The position numbers were made by a program, and so were the translations under genes. From Torpedo marmorata (Eukaryota), in contig OZ360237.1 of the NCBI GenBank assembly GCA_977017645.1, positions 13,764,001-13,828,000 of the forward strand: DNA of 64,000 nucleotides, given 5' to 3'. This document shows positions 14,200 through 28,202 of the stretch, one piece after another; the first letter of the stretch is position 1; every line of letters begins with the position of its first letter. Below the pieces are notes generated by a model. It worked only from the letters and a program-made list of their open reading frames with translations, did no database searches and was not told where the DNA came from.

Positions 14200-14560
14200 G
14201 TATAGAAAGATGGAACAGTACAGCACGGTATGGGCCATTTGGCCCAAAGTGTTGTGCCAACCTATTCCAGCATCAATCTAACCCTTCCCAACCTCACAGC
14301 TCATAACCTTCTATTTTTATTACATCCATGTGCCTATCTAAGAGTCTTTTAAATGTTTTTATTGTACCAGCGTCCACCACCACAACCGGCAATGCATGCT
14401 AGGCACCCACCACTCTGTGTTTATATTTTTTAAAAAAACTTATCTCTGATGTTTCCCCTAAACTTTCCTCCCCTCCACCTCTGGTATTGGGCATTGCCTC
14501 CCTGGGGAAAAGGTGCTGGCTGTCCACCCCATCTTTTCCTCTCATAATCGATCCAGTCAC
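14200..14560 (-). mobile_element. CR1 3' end fragment
   Basis: Resembles the CR1 3'UTRs at 38480-38760 and 36060-36380. Confidence 0.65.
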
Positions 14561-14709
14561 CTCTCAAATTGGAGGAAGATAATTTATTTTACTCAGTGCT
14601 TGGTGTCTTAATTTTTCAGTAATTTAAATCAATTTTAATACTTAAAAAATTAAACAAATCTGACAGACTTTGACAGGAGGCAAGGCTTTGTCCTGGTTCT
14701 TTGAGGTCA

Positions 14710-15305
14710 GGTATAATATGGCAACTGACGACCTGGAATGCATTGCCCAAAAAGATGGCAGTAATAGATCCAATAGGTCAGCTTTGGCCTGATTCAACAA
14801 ATCGCCCAGAGTTGCCAGCACCTAACCCCCATGCTCTGCCTTTACTTGGACTGATCGGGTCACACAGGTGGGCCCAGTTGCCAGAGGCCCCTGCACAAGG
14901 CCTCCTTGTGAACAGTCTAGACCAAGGCTGGCCAAATTTTTAATTTAGGCATACAGCACGGTAACAGGCCATTTCGGCCCACGAGTACGTACCGGAGGTG
15001 TAGGTTAATTGGGCGGCACGGACTCGTGGGCCGAAATGGCCTGTTACCGTGCTGTATGTCTAAATTAAAAATTAAAAGGTTGGCCACCCCTGGTCTAGAC
15101 TGTTCACAAGGAGGCCTTGTGCAGGGGCCTCTGGCAACTGGGCCCACCTGTGTGACCCGATCAGTCCAAGTAAAGGCAGAGCATGGGGGTTAGGTGCTGG
15201 CAACTCTGGGCGATTTGTTGAATCAGGCCAAAGCTGACCTATTGGATCTATTACTGCCATCTTTTTGGGCAATGCATTCCAGGTCATCATTTGCCATATT
15301 ATACC
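14710..15305. repeat. ~600-bp inverted duplication centred on two opposed V-SINE 3' ends
   Basis: 14710-14986 is near-identical to the reverse complement of 15022-15305; mirrored ORFs in the track. Confidence 0.92.
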
Positions 15306-15484
15306 ATACATGGAGAGGATCGTCTGGTGTGTAATGAGCAGAGTAGTTTGTATGTTATGAGAAGAGAAGGTCTGCTTGGAACTTGCAGAATTTTGCTGTG
15401 CTTCCTGTTGACTAGGTACTGCTCAAGTTTTTATTGTTGTTGACTCAATCTGAGTTTCACATCACCTGCAGGTTTTTACAATTA

Positions 15485-15650
15485 CCGTCATATACGCGGA
15501 AAATAGTCGATAGCGTGTAAACGTCGACCCCTATTTTTGGCCCAAAAATATGGTATTTTCCATATATCGCATGTAAAAGTCGACCCCCCCTATTTTTGGC
15601 CCCGGCTGCCCGAACTCCGGCACTCCTGACTATCACTCGTGAATATACGG
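15485..15650. mobile_element. Tc1/pogo-type MITE
   Basis: ta|ccgt...acgg|ta termini with imperfect TIRs. Confidence 0.6.
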
Positions 15651-16270
15651 TATTTCCAGTACACCCACATTCTGGTAATTTATAAAGGTCAAAAAGAGGT
15701 CAACACTGTCCCCTGGTATCAATAAATCCTTAAATTCCTTATAAATTCTGATGGGAAACCATCCTCCCCGGGTGATTTTCCACCAGTTAAAGAACTAAGA
15801 ACCTCATTAACTTCTCTCATCGTAAATGGTGAATCTAAAAATTCTTTACTATAAATATTTAACCTCGGCATCTTAATTTTGGATAAAAATTCATTAATTT
15901 TAGAATCATCTTTATCAGTTTGAGATTTATATAAATTTAAATAAAAATCCTTAAAAGAATCATTTATTTCTCGCGGTTTATAAGTTATTTTCTTAGATTT
16001 CTTTTTTATAGCTGTTATAGTTCTAGAAGTTTGTTCTTTCTTTAATTGCCAGGCTAAGACTTTATGAGCTCTTTCTCCCAATTCATAATACCTTTGCTTA
16101 GTTCTTTCAATTAATTTTTCCATTTTATATGTTTGTAATGTATTATAATATAATTTTTCTCAATTAAATTTCTCCTCTTTCTTCTGATCTCTTTTTTTGC
16201 AAATCTTTCTCCAAAAACTCAATCTCCTTCTCCAAGTTATCCAATTCCTGAGTATATTCCTTCTTAATTT

Positions 16271-16840
16271 TTTTTAAATAATTTTATTTAACTTTTAAAA
16301 TCACAAAATACATGAATCAAAAATAGTATATCATTCAAAATACATGTGATATATTACCTCCCCCCCCACCCTTCCCTCCCCAACCCTCCCACACTATTCT
16401 AATAAAAAAAAAAGAAAGAGAAAAAAAAAGTATTAGTTAAAAAGAAAAAAGAAGAATAGAATTGAATAATAAAGATTTAAGAGTTAGAATGAGGAGAAAA
16501 CAATTACAAGCTAACTCTACTTATATATTGGAGGTTACATTTGTCAGCGGTACCAACTTTTAGAGAATTAATTCATACCCATAATTCTCATATATGGGCT
16601 CCAAATTTTCAAAAAGAAATGATATTTATCTCGTAAATTATATGTAATTTTTTCCAATGGTATACAAGAACGTAATTCTGCATGTAGTCTATCTAAATTC
16701 AAATCTAAATCTGATTTCCAAGTAATAGCGATACATTTTTTTGAAATCGCTAACACAATTCGTAAAAATTCTATTTGATACATATTCAATCTATTTCTAA
16801 TACTAATTTTTTTAATATCTCCAAATAAAAATACCATAGG
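16271..16840 (-). mobile_element. 5'-truncated L1 (family B) nested in the family A L1
   Basis: TSD attccttcttaattt on both sides; 3'UTR shared with 20285 and 26122 copies. Confidence 0.9.
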
Positions 16841-19800
16841 AATTCCTTCTTAATTTTTGCTGAATAACTTACTATTTGACCTCTTAAATAAGCTTTCAAA
16901 GCTTCCCAAATAATAAATTTATTATCAATGGAGTCAGAATTATTCTGTAAAAATTCCTGAATTTCTCTTATATAATCACAAAAATCCATTCTTTTCAATA
17001 AAGAAGAATTAAATCTCTATCTATATATTTTTTCTTTTTCTGGGATTATATATGACATTAATAGAGGTGAATGATCAGAAATTATTCTTGCCTTATATTG
17101 CGCTTGGGTCACCCTATCTTCTAATTGTGATGACAGTAAAAACATATCTATTCTAGAATAAGAATCATGTCTAAAGGAATAAAAAGAATAATCTTTTTCT
17201 CTTGGATTCAACTTCCTCCAAATATCAATTAAATTTAAATCGTTCATCATAATAAGAATTCGTTTAGCAATTTTAGTTCTAATAGTTGATTTCGATGTTT
17301 TATCCATTACTGGATCTAAACAACAGTTGAAATTACCACCAATTAAAATATTATCATTTGCTTCTGATAAATGCATTAAGGAATCTTGGATAAACTGTTC
17401 ATCTTGCATATTCGGCACATATATATTCATAAGAGTCCACATTTCTGAATATATCTGACAGTTTATTAAAACATATCTTCCTGACACATCTGTAACCACC
17501 GATTGTATTTTAAAAGGTAACTTCTTATTAATTAATATAGCAACTCCTTTTGCTTTAGAATTAAATGAAGATGCAACCACTTGACCAACCCATTCTCTTT
17601 TCAATTTCTGATGTTCTAAATCCGTCAAATGAGACTCTTGTAGAAAAGGTATATCTACATTCAACTTTTTAATATATGCTAAGGTTTTCTTCCTTTTAAT
17701 CAGATTATTTAGCCCATTTATATTAATACTAACTACATTTATTAATTTACTATCCACCATTTCTAATATTTAATAACTCTCTCTCCATCAGATCCGCTGG
17801 CTCCCCCTTCCACATTTGTAATCCATTTGACATCTCATTAGAAAGAAAAAAAGATATAAAAGAAAAATAAAAAAATAAAAAGCCCTCTATATATAATACT
17901 GGTATATTTACACCAGTACTACTACCCTTCATTGCTCGGGAAGTGGCCCTCGCCACTAAGATGACGCGTGACTAGGTACGGAGAAGACAAAAAGTCCACC
18001 TCCCCCCAAACAGATTTTCCAAAAAAATTTGTTATTGTTTCTTCATCCAGCTTCTTCAAGATCTTTATTAGCTTGATCCTCATCGATTACGAACACATTT
18101 TCTTGTCCCGAAACTCTTAGTGAAAGCAATTCCTGAGTCGGTAGAATAACTTGGTATTGTCCCAAAAAATCTTGATCTTTCTTTAATTCCGGAAGTAAAT
18201 TTGCATGCTGTAAAGCTTCTTGATGATCAGTGAAAAAAAATGGTTGGTTATCTGCAGACTGTACCTTCAATATCGCAGGATATCTAAATGAAAATTTATA
18301 TCCTTTACCCCACAAAACTGCTTTCGCCGGATTAAATTCTTTTCCCTTTTTTATTATTGCCGTACTCAAATCGGCATAAAAGAAAACCTTATTTTTATCA
18401 ATCATCAGTGGACCATGGTTCTTTCTTGCATTTTGAACAGCCAATTTCAATATCTTCTCTTTATCCTGATATCTAAGACATCTAATTAAAACTGAACGTG
18501 GCCTTTGATCCGGATATGGTTTTCTCCTACTATCTCTATGAGCTCTATCTAGTTCAAGTCCATCTGGAAAATAATCAATACCCAGTCTCTGGAATCCATT
18601 TTTGAAAAAATATAGTTGAATTCATCCCTTCAAAATCTTCAGGCAATCCCACGATTTTAACGTTATTTCTCCGACTGATTCTCCAATACATCTATTTTTT
18701 GTAAAAGTTCATTTCTTTGTAGCTCCCAACCTGTAAATGAATCTTCCACTTTATCCACTCTATCTTTGCAGTCCACCATTTCTTCAATTTTTTGGACCTT
18801 CAATGTTACTTTATCCACAATATTTGTATATTTTTTTATATCTTGTTTAATATCTTTCATTGGAGGTGTTAAAACAAATAACGGAAACTCATTCTCTACC
18901 GGAAACTTTTTCAAATGCAATAATAACAGTTATACCAAAAAAAGATAGAGATCCGTTGAAAACAGAATCATATAGACCAATTTCGTTGCTAAATGTGGAC
19001 TATAAGATAATGGCGAAAATTTTAGCAAATAGAGTGGCTAAATATTTACCAGATTTAATTCATGTAGATCAAGCAGGTTATATTAAGAACAGATATTCAA
19101 AAGATAATATAGCTAGATTAATTAGTTTAACAAATGTGGCACAAAAGAGAGAGGAATTAGCATTAGTATTAACATTAGATGCTGAAAAGGCTTTTGCTAG
19201 ATTAGAGTGGAATTATTTATTTAAGGTACTGGAAAAATTTGGTTTTGGAACTACATTTATTAATTGGATTAAAACTATATATAAAGAACCATCTGCTAGA
19301 GTGGTGACAAATGGACAAATTTCTTCAAAATTTTCTTTGACTAGGTCAACCAGACAAGGTTGTCCTTTATCGCCAGCATTGTTTACTTTAGCTATAGAAC
19401 CTTTAGCAGAATTAATATAATTAGACAGGATATTAAGATTGCAGGTATTAAAGTTGGTAATGAAGAGCATAAAATCAGTTTATTTGCAGATGATGTATTG
19501 ATTTATATGACAAAACCTATTACTTCGTTAATGCAATTGACTGTTTTATTGAGAGAATATGGGGAAATATCTGGTTATAAGATTAATTCTGATAAAAGTG
19601 AAATTATGGCATTAACACAAGGGGATTATAGTAAATGTAAAGAAATTACACAATTTAAATGGTCAAAGGAAGGAATTAAATATTTGGGAATAAAGATTGA
19701 TACAAAATTATCTAATCTATATAAATTAAATTATCTACCATTATTTATGAATATTAAAAAGGATTTAGAAAGTTGGAAGGACTTACCTATAACTTTAATG

Positions 19801-20284
19801 GGAAGGGTAAATTGTATTAAAATGAACGTTTTTCCGAGAATTCAATATCTTTTTCAATTAATTCCTTATGAAATCCCTCAAATTTTTTAAAGATTTAAAT
19901 TTAATTATTAGGAAATTCTTGTGGAAAGGAAAGTTGGCTAGAGTAGGTATGGAAAAATTAACTTGGAATTATGAAATGGGTGGGTTACAACTTCCTAATT
20001 TTCAATATTATTATAAAGCAGCCCAATTAAAATTTATTAATGAAATGTTTGATTTAGGAAAATCTTCTGCTTGGATTAGAATAGAATTAAATAATATAGG
20101 AGAAGATTTAAAATAAGTTATTTATAAATGGAATTCTAAATTATTATTAACAAAAGGGAAAAATTCTCCTATTTTTAGACATTTGTTAGAAATATTGAAT
20201 AGAGTAGATAGAGAGATAGGAGCGAAAGGGTTAATTTCTCGAAAAATGCCTCTGTATCAAAATAAACTTATTCCATTTACTGTT

Positions 20285-21512
20285 TTTTTTAAAAAATAAT
20301 TTTATTTAAATTTTAAAATCACAAAATACATGAATCAAAAATAGTATATTATTCAAAATACATGTGATATATTACCTCCCCCCCTCCCCTCCCCAACCCC
20401 CCCAGCACTATTCTAAAAAAAAAGAAAAAAAAAGAATGTTAGTTAAAAAGAAAGAATTGAAAATAAAGAATTAAAGAGTTAAAGTGAGGAGAAAACAAAT
20501 TACAAGCTAATTCTATTTATATATTGGAGGTTATTTTTGCCAGCGGTACCAACTTCTAGAGAATTAATTCATACCCATAATTCTCATATATGGGCTCCAA
20601 ATTTTCAAAAAGAAATGATAATTATTCTGTAAATTATATGTAATTTTTTCCAATGGTATACAAGAACGTAATTCTGCATGTAATCTATCTAAATTCAAAT
20701 CTAAATCTGATTTCCAAGTAATAGCGATACATTTTTTTGAAACCGCTAAGACAATTCGTAAAAATTCTATTTGATACATATTCAATCTATTTCTAATACT
20801 AAATTTTTTAATATCTCCAAATAAAAATAACATAGGGTCCATTGGAACCGTAATATTAAAAATTCTACATCTAAAACACATATCTGATAGTGCCGGATTA
20901 AATTTCTTTAATTTTTTAGGTGTTAAATATAATTGATGAAAAAAATTATATTGTACTAATCTATATCTAACATTAATAATTTTAGTCATACTCAATTTAC
21001 ATAATTCTTTCCAATGTTTTTCATCTATATTAATATTTAAATCTGATTCCCAACTTAATCTTGATTTATGTAATCCTACCTTAGGCATTTTTCTCTGAAG
21101 TAATTTATACATTTGTGATATAAATTTGTTAACATTTCCATTAGTAATTAATAATTCTAATCCATCCGTCTTGGAGTTGTTAATTGATTCCCCAATTTCT
21201 CAACTAAAAATCCTCTAACCTGATAGTAAGCCAAAATTGTATTATCCATTATTCCAAATTTTTCTTTCAACCTAGAGAATGTAACAAATCTTCCAGCCTC
21301 AAAACAATCTTTAATCTTCTTAATTCCTTTTTGAAACCATAGTTTTAAAAATTGATTATCAATAGAAAAAGGTAACAATAAATTCTGATAACAATGGCAT
21401 ATTCAGAGATAATGACCCTTTTCGTCCTATCTCATTGTCTAACTGAGTCCAGATTTCCAATAAATGTTTAATAATCGTTGATTTTTTCTTTTTAACTCAT
21501 AATAATTTAGAA
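20285..21512 (-). mobile_element. 5'-truncated L1 (family B) with small internal deletion, nested in the family A L1
   Basis: TSD tattccatttactgtt at 20269-20284 and 21513-21528. Confidence 0.9.
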
Positions 21513-22713
21513 TATTCCATTTACTGTTGATAACCAATTATTTAAAATTTGGTTCCAAAAGGGAATTAAGAAAATAAATGATTGTTTTGAAGCTAGTAAA
21601 TTTATTACTTTTCAAAGAATGAAAGATAAGTTTAATGTATCAAATAATACACTTTTTGCTAATTATCAAATTAGAGCATTTTTAGTTGAAAGGTTGGGCT
21701 ATAGTTTGATTCTACCAAGACAGAGTGAATTGGAATTATTAGTTACTAATGGAGGTGTAAATAAATTTATTTCTCAAATGTATGATTGTTACAGAGGAAA
21801 ATGCCTAAACTTGGAATTCATAAATCAAGATTAAATTGGGAATCAGATTTGAATGTAACAATAGATGAAGAACATTGGAAAGAATTATGTAAACAAAGTA
21901 TGACGAAGATTATTAATGTTAGATATAGATTAGTGCAATATAACTTTTTTCATCAATTATATTTAACACCTAAAAAACTAAAGAAATTTAATCCGACATT
22001 ATCCGGTTTATGCTTTAGATGTAATAGAGAGGAAGGTTCTTTTGTACATTCTACATGGTTTTGTCCAAAAGTATATGATTTTTGGTTGAAAGTTAAAGTT
22101 TTTAGATAAAGTATTAAAAACTACACTCCCAATGGATCCTATGATATTTTTGTTTGGAGATATTAAAACAATTAGTGTTAAGATGAAATTAAATATGTAT
22201 CAAACAGAATTTTTGCGAATTGCTTTAGCTGTTTCTAAGAAATGCATTGCTATTACATGAAAATCTGATGTAGATTTAGGGTTAGAAAGATGGCAAGCAG
22301 AACTTCGTTCATGTATACCACTTGAAAAAATTACTTAAAATTTACGTAATAAATATCATTTCTTTTTGAAAATATGGAGCGCATATATAAAAACTGTTGG
22401 GTTAAGGATTTGAAGATCTCTGGATATTGGATCTGATTGGCGAACCTGTGTTCCACAATAAAATTAGTTTTTAGTTGTTCTTTTTTAGAGTGACATTCTC
22501 CTTACTTTATCTTTTTTCTTCTTCTTTCTTTCTTTTCGGGAGGGTTAGGGAGGGGAGGGAGGGACGGTGAAAATGTATCACATGTAATCTGATAATTTTG
22601 CATTTTAAACTATGTACTGTGTGATTTTAAAAATTTTAAATAAAATATTTTTTTTTAAAAACTGTCCCCTGGGGAAAACAATGCATATAAAAATAACCAT
22701 TACTCTCGGCGAG

Positions 22714-22943
22714 CAGTGGTTCTCAACCTTTTTCCATCCACAGACCAGTGGTGGTTGGGGGCTGGAGCTTTGTTTTGGTGGGAAATCTTCAAAGTTACAA
22801 ATACAAAGTTGTAAATTTGATGACAAAATATACAACTTCGTATTTATATAATATCTGCAATATTTACCATAGGCCACTTTTAACTACCCCCCCCCCCTCA
22901 CCAGACCACCAGTGGTCCAGGAACCAGAAGTTAAGAAATACTG
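22714..22943. mobile_element. hAT-type MITE
   Basis: cagtggttctcaacc left end and degenerate right end; TSD not clear. Confidence 0.5.
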
Positions 22944-23037
22944 TCCGAGATAATTTTGTTTCATGCCCCTGGTGTCCTTATGACCTCCAGATTTGCTATT
23001 CTATCAGCAGTTCGGAAATTGTGTATAAAGCACTCAC

Positions 23038-23124
23038 CAAGACCTTTCAGAAATTTGTTCACTCCACTCTGTTCTGTGTCTGGTAGCTCCTCCAAATATT
23101 GTTCAACTCTCTGCTCAAACAGAC
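23038..23124 (-). CDS. DENND2B: DENND2B penultimate coding exon (GLFEQRVEQYLEELPDTEQSGVNKFLKGL)
   Basis: 87 bp, phase 1/1, ttttcctcag acceptor and gtgagt donor; EQYLEELPDTEQSG fits ST5 better than DENND2A/C. Confidence 0.94.
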
Positions 23125-25699
23125 CTGAGGAAAATAAAATTAAACGGCATTCATAAGGCTTTAAATGTGATTGTGAATTTATGAATTCTATCAACTGCTA
23201 CAATAGAAGTGAAAGCTCTTAGGAAAATTTTAATTGATACACGTGGTACCAGATTTCCTATTGTGAGTTTGATCAAACTAAAGTACTAGCAAGTTTACCA
23301 TGTTTAAGCTTGCAATCCCTGGATGGCTGTGATTCCTGCTAAAATAACTAACCTTGTGAATCTTAGTCACAAAAGATTTTAGAAATTAATGTTTACTGTC
23401 CATGGATTATGCCCCCATTGTGGCGTCTGTGGGGAAAATTGTTTGTCTTCAGCTGATGCAAGCTCATCAAAGCTATAGGAAAAATAACTACTGGGGTAAG
23501 TATTCCAGAGAATCATTTCTGACAGTCAAACAAACGTGTAAACACTTCATGGTGCATCACCAGTTTTACAACTTTAAGGCCACTTTCTCTCTAAGCTTGT
23601 GTGTAACTAAATTATGAATTCCTTTACTTAAAAAATCATTTGATATTGCTACAAACTGTACATAGAACATCTTTTTCCAATGTTTACATTTTATTTATTA
23701 GATCAAATATTGAAAGTACAGTACCTAGTAATTGAAATGGTAGACTAAAGTTGTCCCTTCTCTGTTACAGAGTACACTTGTTGCAAGTTGGGTGGGGTTA
23801 CTGATTTACATGCATTTGGAGAGAATACAGAGCCACCAGCTTTGACATGCTTGAAGCCAAATAATAAGATATTCCCAAGGGTCAAATATGCATAATATGG
23901 CAGTAATGACACCAAGCCCATGTCTGTTGCATTTACATGGTTGGGTCACAAGGTTGGAGAGGACAAGGAAATCTCTGCAAGACTAAAGCTTGAAATATGC
24001 TGGGAGGTATTAGTTGAGAGGGAGAAACTTCACCAAGAAGGATCATCCTCATTATAACATATTTGTACAGAGCTTAAATGATTGTCTGAAAGTTCTTGAT
24101 CTGAAACCTATTGCAGAATATTTGGTATTGAAGATGTTAATGACAATTTCAAGAATATCTCAGCTTGTTATAAATCAACATAAACAATTCTTGAATTGAG
24201 ATTTAAGTTAGACATTTAGAAAGATTTAGAATATTTCAAATCAAATAATATTGATGTGTTTTATGCTTGATTTTGTTGTATTTTGATCTAACCACGTTTT
24301 GAGATGTAACGTGCTGGACTCATTAACAATTTCCTTTGCTCATCTCTGAAGTGGTGTGAGCATTTTCATTTGAACCTCTGTAAAGTGACTTTGTAATCTT
24401 TAATCCATGTTTGAATGGGTAACGTCAACTGCTATAAATTTCTGAAATAGCCAGAAGGATTTATTCTTCTCCCCTCCACCTATCTCTCGGCTCATCCCAA
24501 AAATATTGATGCTGGTTCCGGTTTTATTGTTCAGCCATTCTGTGGATTCAAATAATTTACTAAATCCTTCAATTTAAACCAGCAAGTATGATTGTTAAAT
24601 CGAACATTTCTTGGGCTTTTGAGATCAAAATAAACTAAGGTGTATTGTCCATGGAACACAATATCCTGGAGGTAAATGTGGGGAAAAAAAAAAGAGATGT
24701 TGATGATGTGAATATGAGAAAGATGTTTCAACAAAGTCCCATGTGACAGCTTGATAAGGATATTAAAAACCTGTGGAATCTAAAGGAAAATGGTTTAAAG
24801 TTGGCTCTTTGCAAGAAATCAAATTAATTGGGAGTTTTTCACTAGAGAACTGTGGGCAGTAGGGTTGTGGAAGGCACAGTATTACATCCTTGTTTTCTGG
24901 TTGTGTTACAAGTATTCCTCAATTTAATTCCTCATATTTTCACTGTAATGCCTTAATATTTTGGTGCACATGTCTTTGATGTACAAATCTACTATTCACT
25001 TTGAATAGTGCATCATTCTGTACATCAATATCTGTGAATACTGCACCAAAATACCCATAATGCAAGTCAGCCAGGCATTTCCATGTATGAAATTTCACGA
25101 CAAATTATTATTTTTATACATCATGCAATAGCTATAATGACTTTGGTTTAAATATTGGGCGATGATTTAAGATATTTTGTGATGATACTAAAATTGCAAA
25201 TGATAGCAAGGAAGTACATTCTGGGCTGAAGGAAACTTTCAATGGACTGGTCAGATGGGCCCAACTGTGATATCTCGAACTTCGTCTACAGAAATGCAAG
25301 GTAATGCTCTGGGGAGAATGAAGGCAGAAAAAAAAAGTGATTTCTAGAAACGCTAAAATGTGTGGCAGAACAGAGGAATCTTGGAGTGTAAGCATACAAA
25401 TAAATCCCTGTTGATAACAGGAACAGGTAGATAAGATGGTGAAGAATGCATGTGAGATTCTTATATTTATTTATTGGTTGACGCAATGAATAGAAAAGCA
25501 ATGATATAGCTGGAATACAATTTGCAATTCTGATCACCACAATATGGAAAAGATGTGATGACACTCTGAAAGGATTCAGATTTATTAAACTTTTGTCATA
25601 ATTGGGAATAATCTTCTGTCCCTTTTGTTCCAAAAAAAACCCAAAAAACAATCTAGCCAAGTCATTCTCTCCTCGTAACCATATTTAATAAAAAATGTG

Positions 25700-27685
25700 C
25701 AAGATTGATATCCATCTTTTTGTTGTTTCCTATATCTTGTTTTTTTGTTTGTGTGTGGATACACACTGTGGCTACGGCTTTACCTTCGTTTTCACTGGCT
25801 TTTGCACTACCACTGAACTTTTTCGCGTGCTGCAGAGCTAAATCACTGGCGTGGCATATCTTCACAGTTCCAGCTAAGGTAAGCTCTGTCTCTCGTAGCA
25901 ACCTCTCTCTCACTTTCTTATCAATAATCCCGAACACAATTTGATCACGGATCATTGAATCTTGCAGCGATCCAAAATTGCATGTTCTTGCTTTTAATTT
26001 CAAGTCTGTTAAAAAAGTATCAAAGCTCTCTCCCTGCAGCTGCGTGCGCGAGTGAAACATGTACCTCTCGAACGTTTCATTTTTCTTTGGTGAACAGTGT
26101 TCATCAAACATCTTGATAACCGTTAAAGGATTTTTAGTTGAGAAATTGGGGAATCAATTAATATCTCCTAGACAAGATGGATTAGAGTTGTTAATTACTA
26201 ATGGAAATGTTAATAAATTTATATCACAAATGTATAAACTACTTCAGAGAAAGATGCCTAAAGTAGGATTACATAAATCTAGATTAAATTGGGAGTCAGA
26301 TTTAAATATTAGTATAGATGAACAACATTGGAAAGAATTATGTAAATTGAGTATGAATAAAATTATTAATGTTAGATATAGATTAGTACAATATAATTTT
26401 TTTCATCAATTATATATAACACCTAAAAAATTAAAGAAATTTAATTCGGCATTATCAGATATGTGTTTTAGGTGTAAAGATGAAATAGGTTCTTTTGTAC
26501 ACTGTACATGGTCATGTTTAAAAATTCAAAATTTTTGGTCTAAAGTTAAGGATTTTTTAGATAGAATTTTTAATATTACGATTCCAATGGATCCTATGGT
26601 ATTTTTATTTGGAGATATTAAAAAAATTAGTATTAGAAATAGATTGAATATGTATCAAATAGAATTTTTACGAATTGTGTTAGCGATTTCAATAAAATGT
26701 ATCGCTATTACTTGGAAATCAGATTTAGATTTGAATTTAGATAGATTACATGCAGAATTACGTTCTTGTATACCATTGGAAAAAATTACATATAATTTAC
26801 GAGATAAATATCATTTCTTTTTGAAAATTTGGAGCCCATATATGAGAATTATGGGTATGAATTAATTCTCTAAAAGTTGGTACCGCTGACAAATGTAACC
26901 TCCAATATATAAGTAGAGTTAGCTTGTAATTGTTTTCTCCTCATTCTAACTCTTAAATCTTTAATATTCAATTCTATTCTTTTTTTTTCTTCTTTTTAAC
27001 TAATACCTCTTTTTTTTTTTCTCTTTCCTTTTTTTTTATTAGAATAGTGTGGGAGGGTTGGGGAGGGGAGGGTGGGAGGGGGGGAGGTAATATATCACAT
27101 GTATTTTGAATGATATACTATTTTTGATTTATGTATTTTGTGATTTTAAAAGTTAAATAAAATTATAAAAAAAAACAAAAAAAAAAAAACATCTTGATAA
27201 CCTTGTCGAACTTGCCATGGTCTTCTGCCTCGGCAAAAATAAATGTATTGAAAACCTCTAGTGCTTGAGGTCCCGCCACGGTAAGTAGCAGTGCAATCTT
27301 CCGTGCATCAGGTTTGCTATCGAGTCCAATGGCTTGCAGGTACAGCATGAATCTTTGTTTGAACAACTTCCACTCGTGGTCGATATTTCCAGTCCAATTT
27401 ACAGCATCAGGAGCCTTTACACTCTCCATATCTCTGCTGCTATCGACTGACCCCACTCCTGGTACCATGTGATGTTTCTTTTTATTGTAATAAAGAAACT
27501 TGGGTTCTTTTAAAAACAACTATACTTTATTAGCTATAGAGCTATAGAACTCATGACCGTGTGGAGGCATCCATCTTCAATCCAACTGAGCTGCAACAAA
27601 CTAGTCTCCGACTCTCTCTCGTGATCAGGAGGATCACTTGCACTCTATCATTACAATCACAGCAACAAATATTGTGCTCATAACA
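25700..27685 (-). mobile_element. Truncated Gypsy element: 5' LTR 27468-27685, tRNA-Leu PBS, gag interrupted by an L1
   Basis: TG...CA LTR; PBS TGGTACCAGGAGTGGGG; gag WKLFKQRF...ERYMFHSRTQ...IRDQIVFGI continuous across the L1. Confidence 0.88.
26122..27186 (+). mobile_element. 5'-truncated L1 (family B) inserted in the Gypsy gag
   Basis: TSD aaacatcttgataacc at 26106-26121 and 27187-27202; open ORF2 C-terminus; poly(A). Confidence 0.92.
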
Positions 27686-28202
27686 TCATTCTTATTTGGA
27701 GTAAATCACAGACTTTTTAATCTTGAAACAACTAATATTTTTAACATTATTTGCTTTGGGGTATTTATTTTTAGTGTTTGTTCATCCAAGCACAAGATAA
27801 TCCATCGATCTCATCTTTAATAATCTCTTTACTCCTTCTGTACGTTCATTTTGATGGGCTGAAGGGCCTGTTTCTGTGCTGCATCACTTAATAAGCTTTC
27901 ACAATTTACTTTTTAAGTTGATTCTCAGACAGTCTTCATTCAGAATCCTGTCTTTCATTCCTAGTTGGTTTTTTATTAAATATTGTTCTTTGCATAAAAC
28001 TTTTATTTTGGTACTACATCATCTAACTTGGATCTAACTGAGCTATTTCTGGCAATGAGTAAGGAGCACAAATATAATTTCTATTTCATTCCTCTGGTTG
28101 TGGGTATGAGGTAAGAAAGGATTAGATTGTTGTGGAGTAGGTTTACGTAGGCCGTCATTAACATCGTGGGCTGAAGGGCCTGTACTGTGCTGTATTGTCC
28201 AA

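Larger units (their letters stand above)
15717..22660 (+). mobile_element. Near full-length L1 (family A) with 5' inversion: ORF1, endonuclease and linker on - (15717-18859); RT to tail on + (18860-22660)
   Basis: APE motifs (SININGL, LQESHL, YSRIDMF, SDHSP); RT motifs YRPISLLN, GCPLSP, LFADD; TSD actgtcccctgg at 15705-15716 and 22661-22672. Confidence 0.92.
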
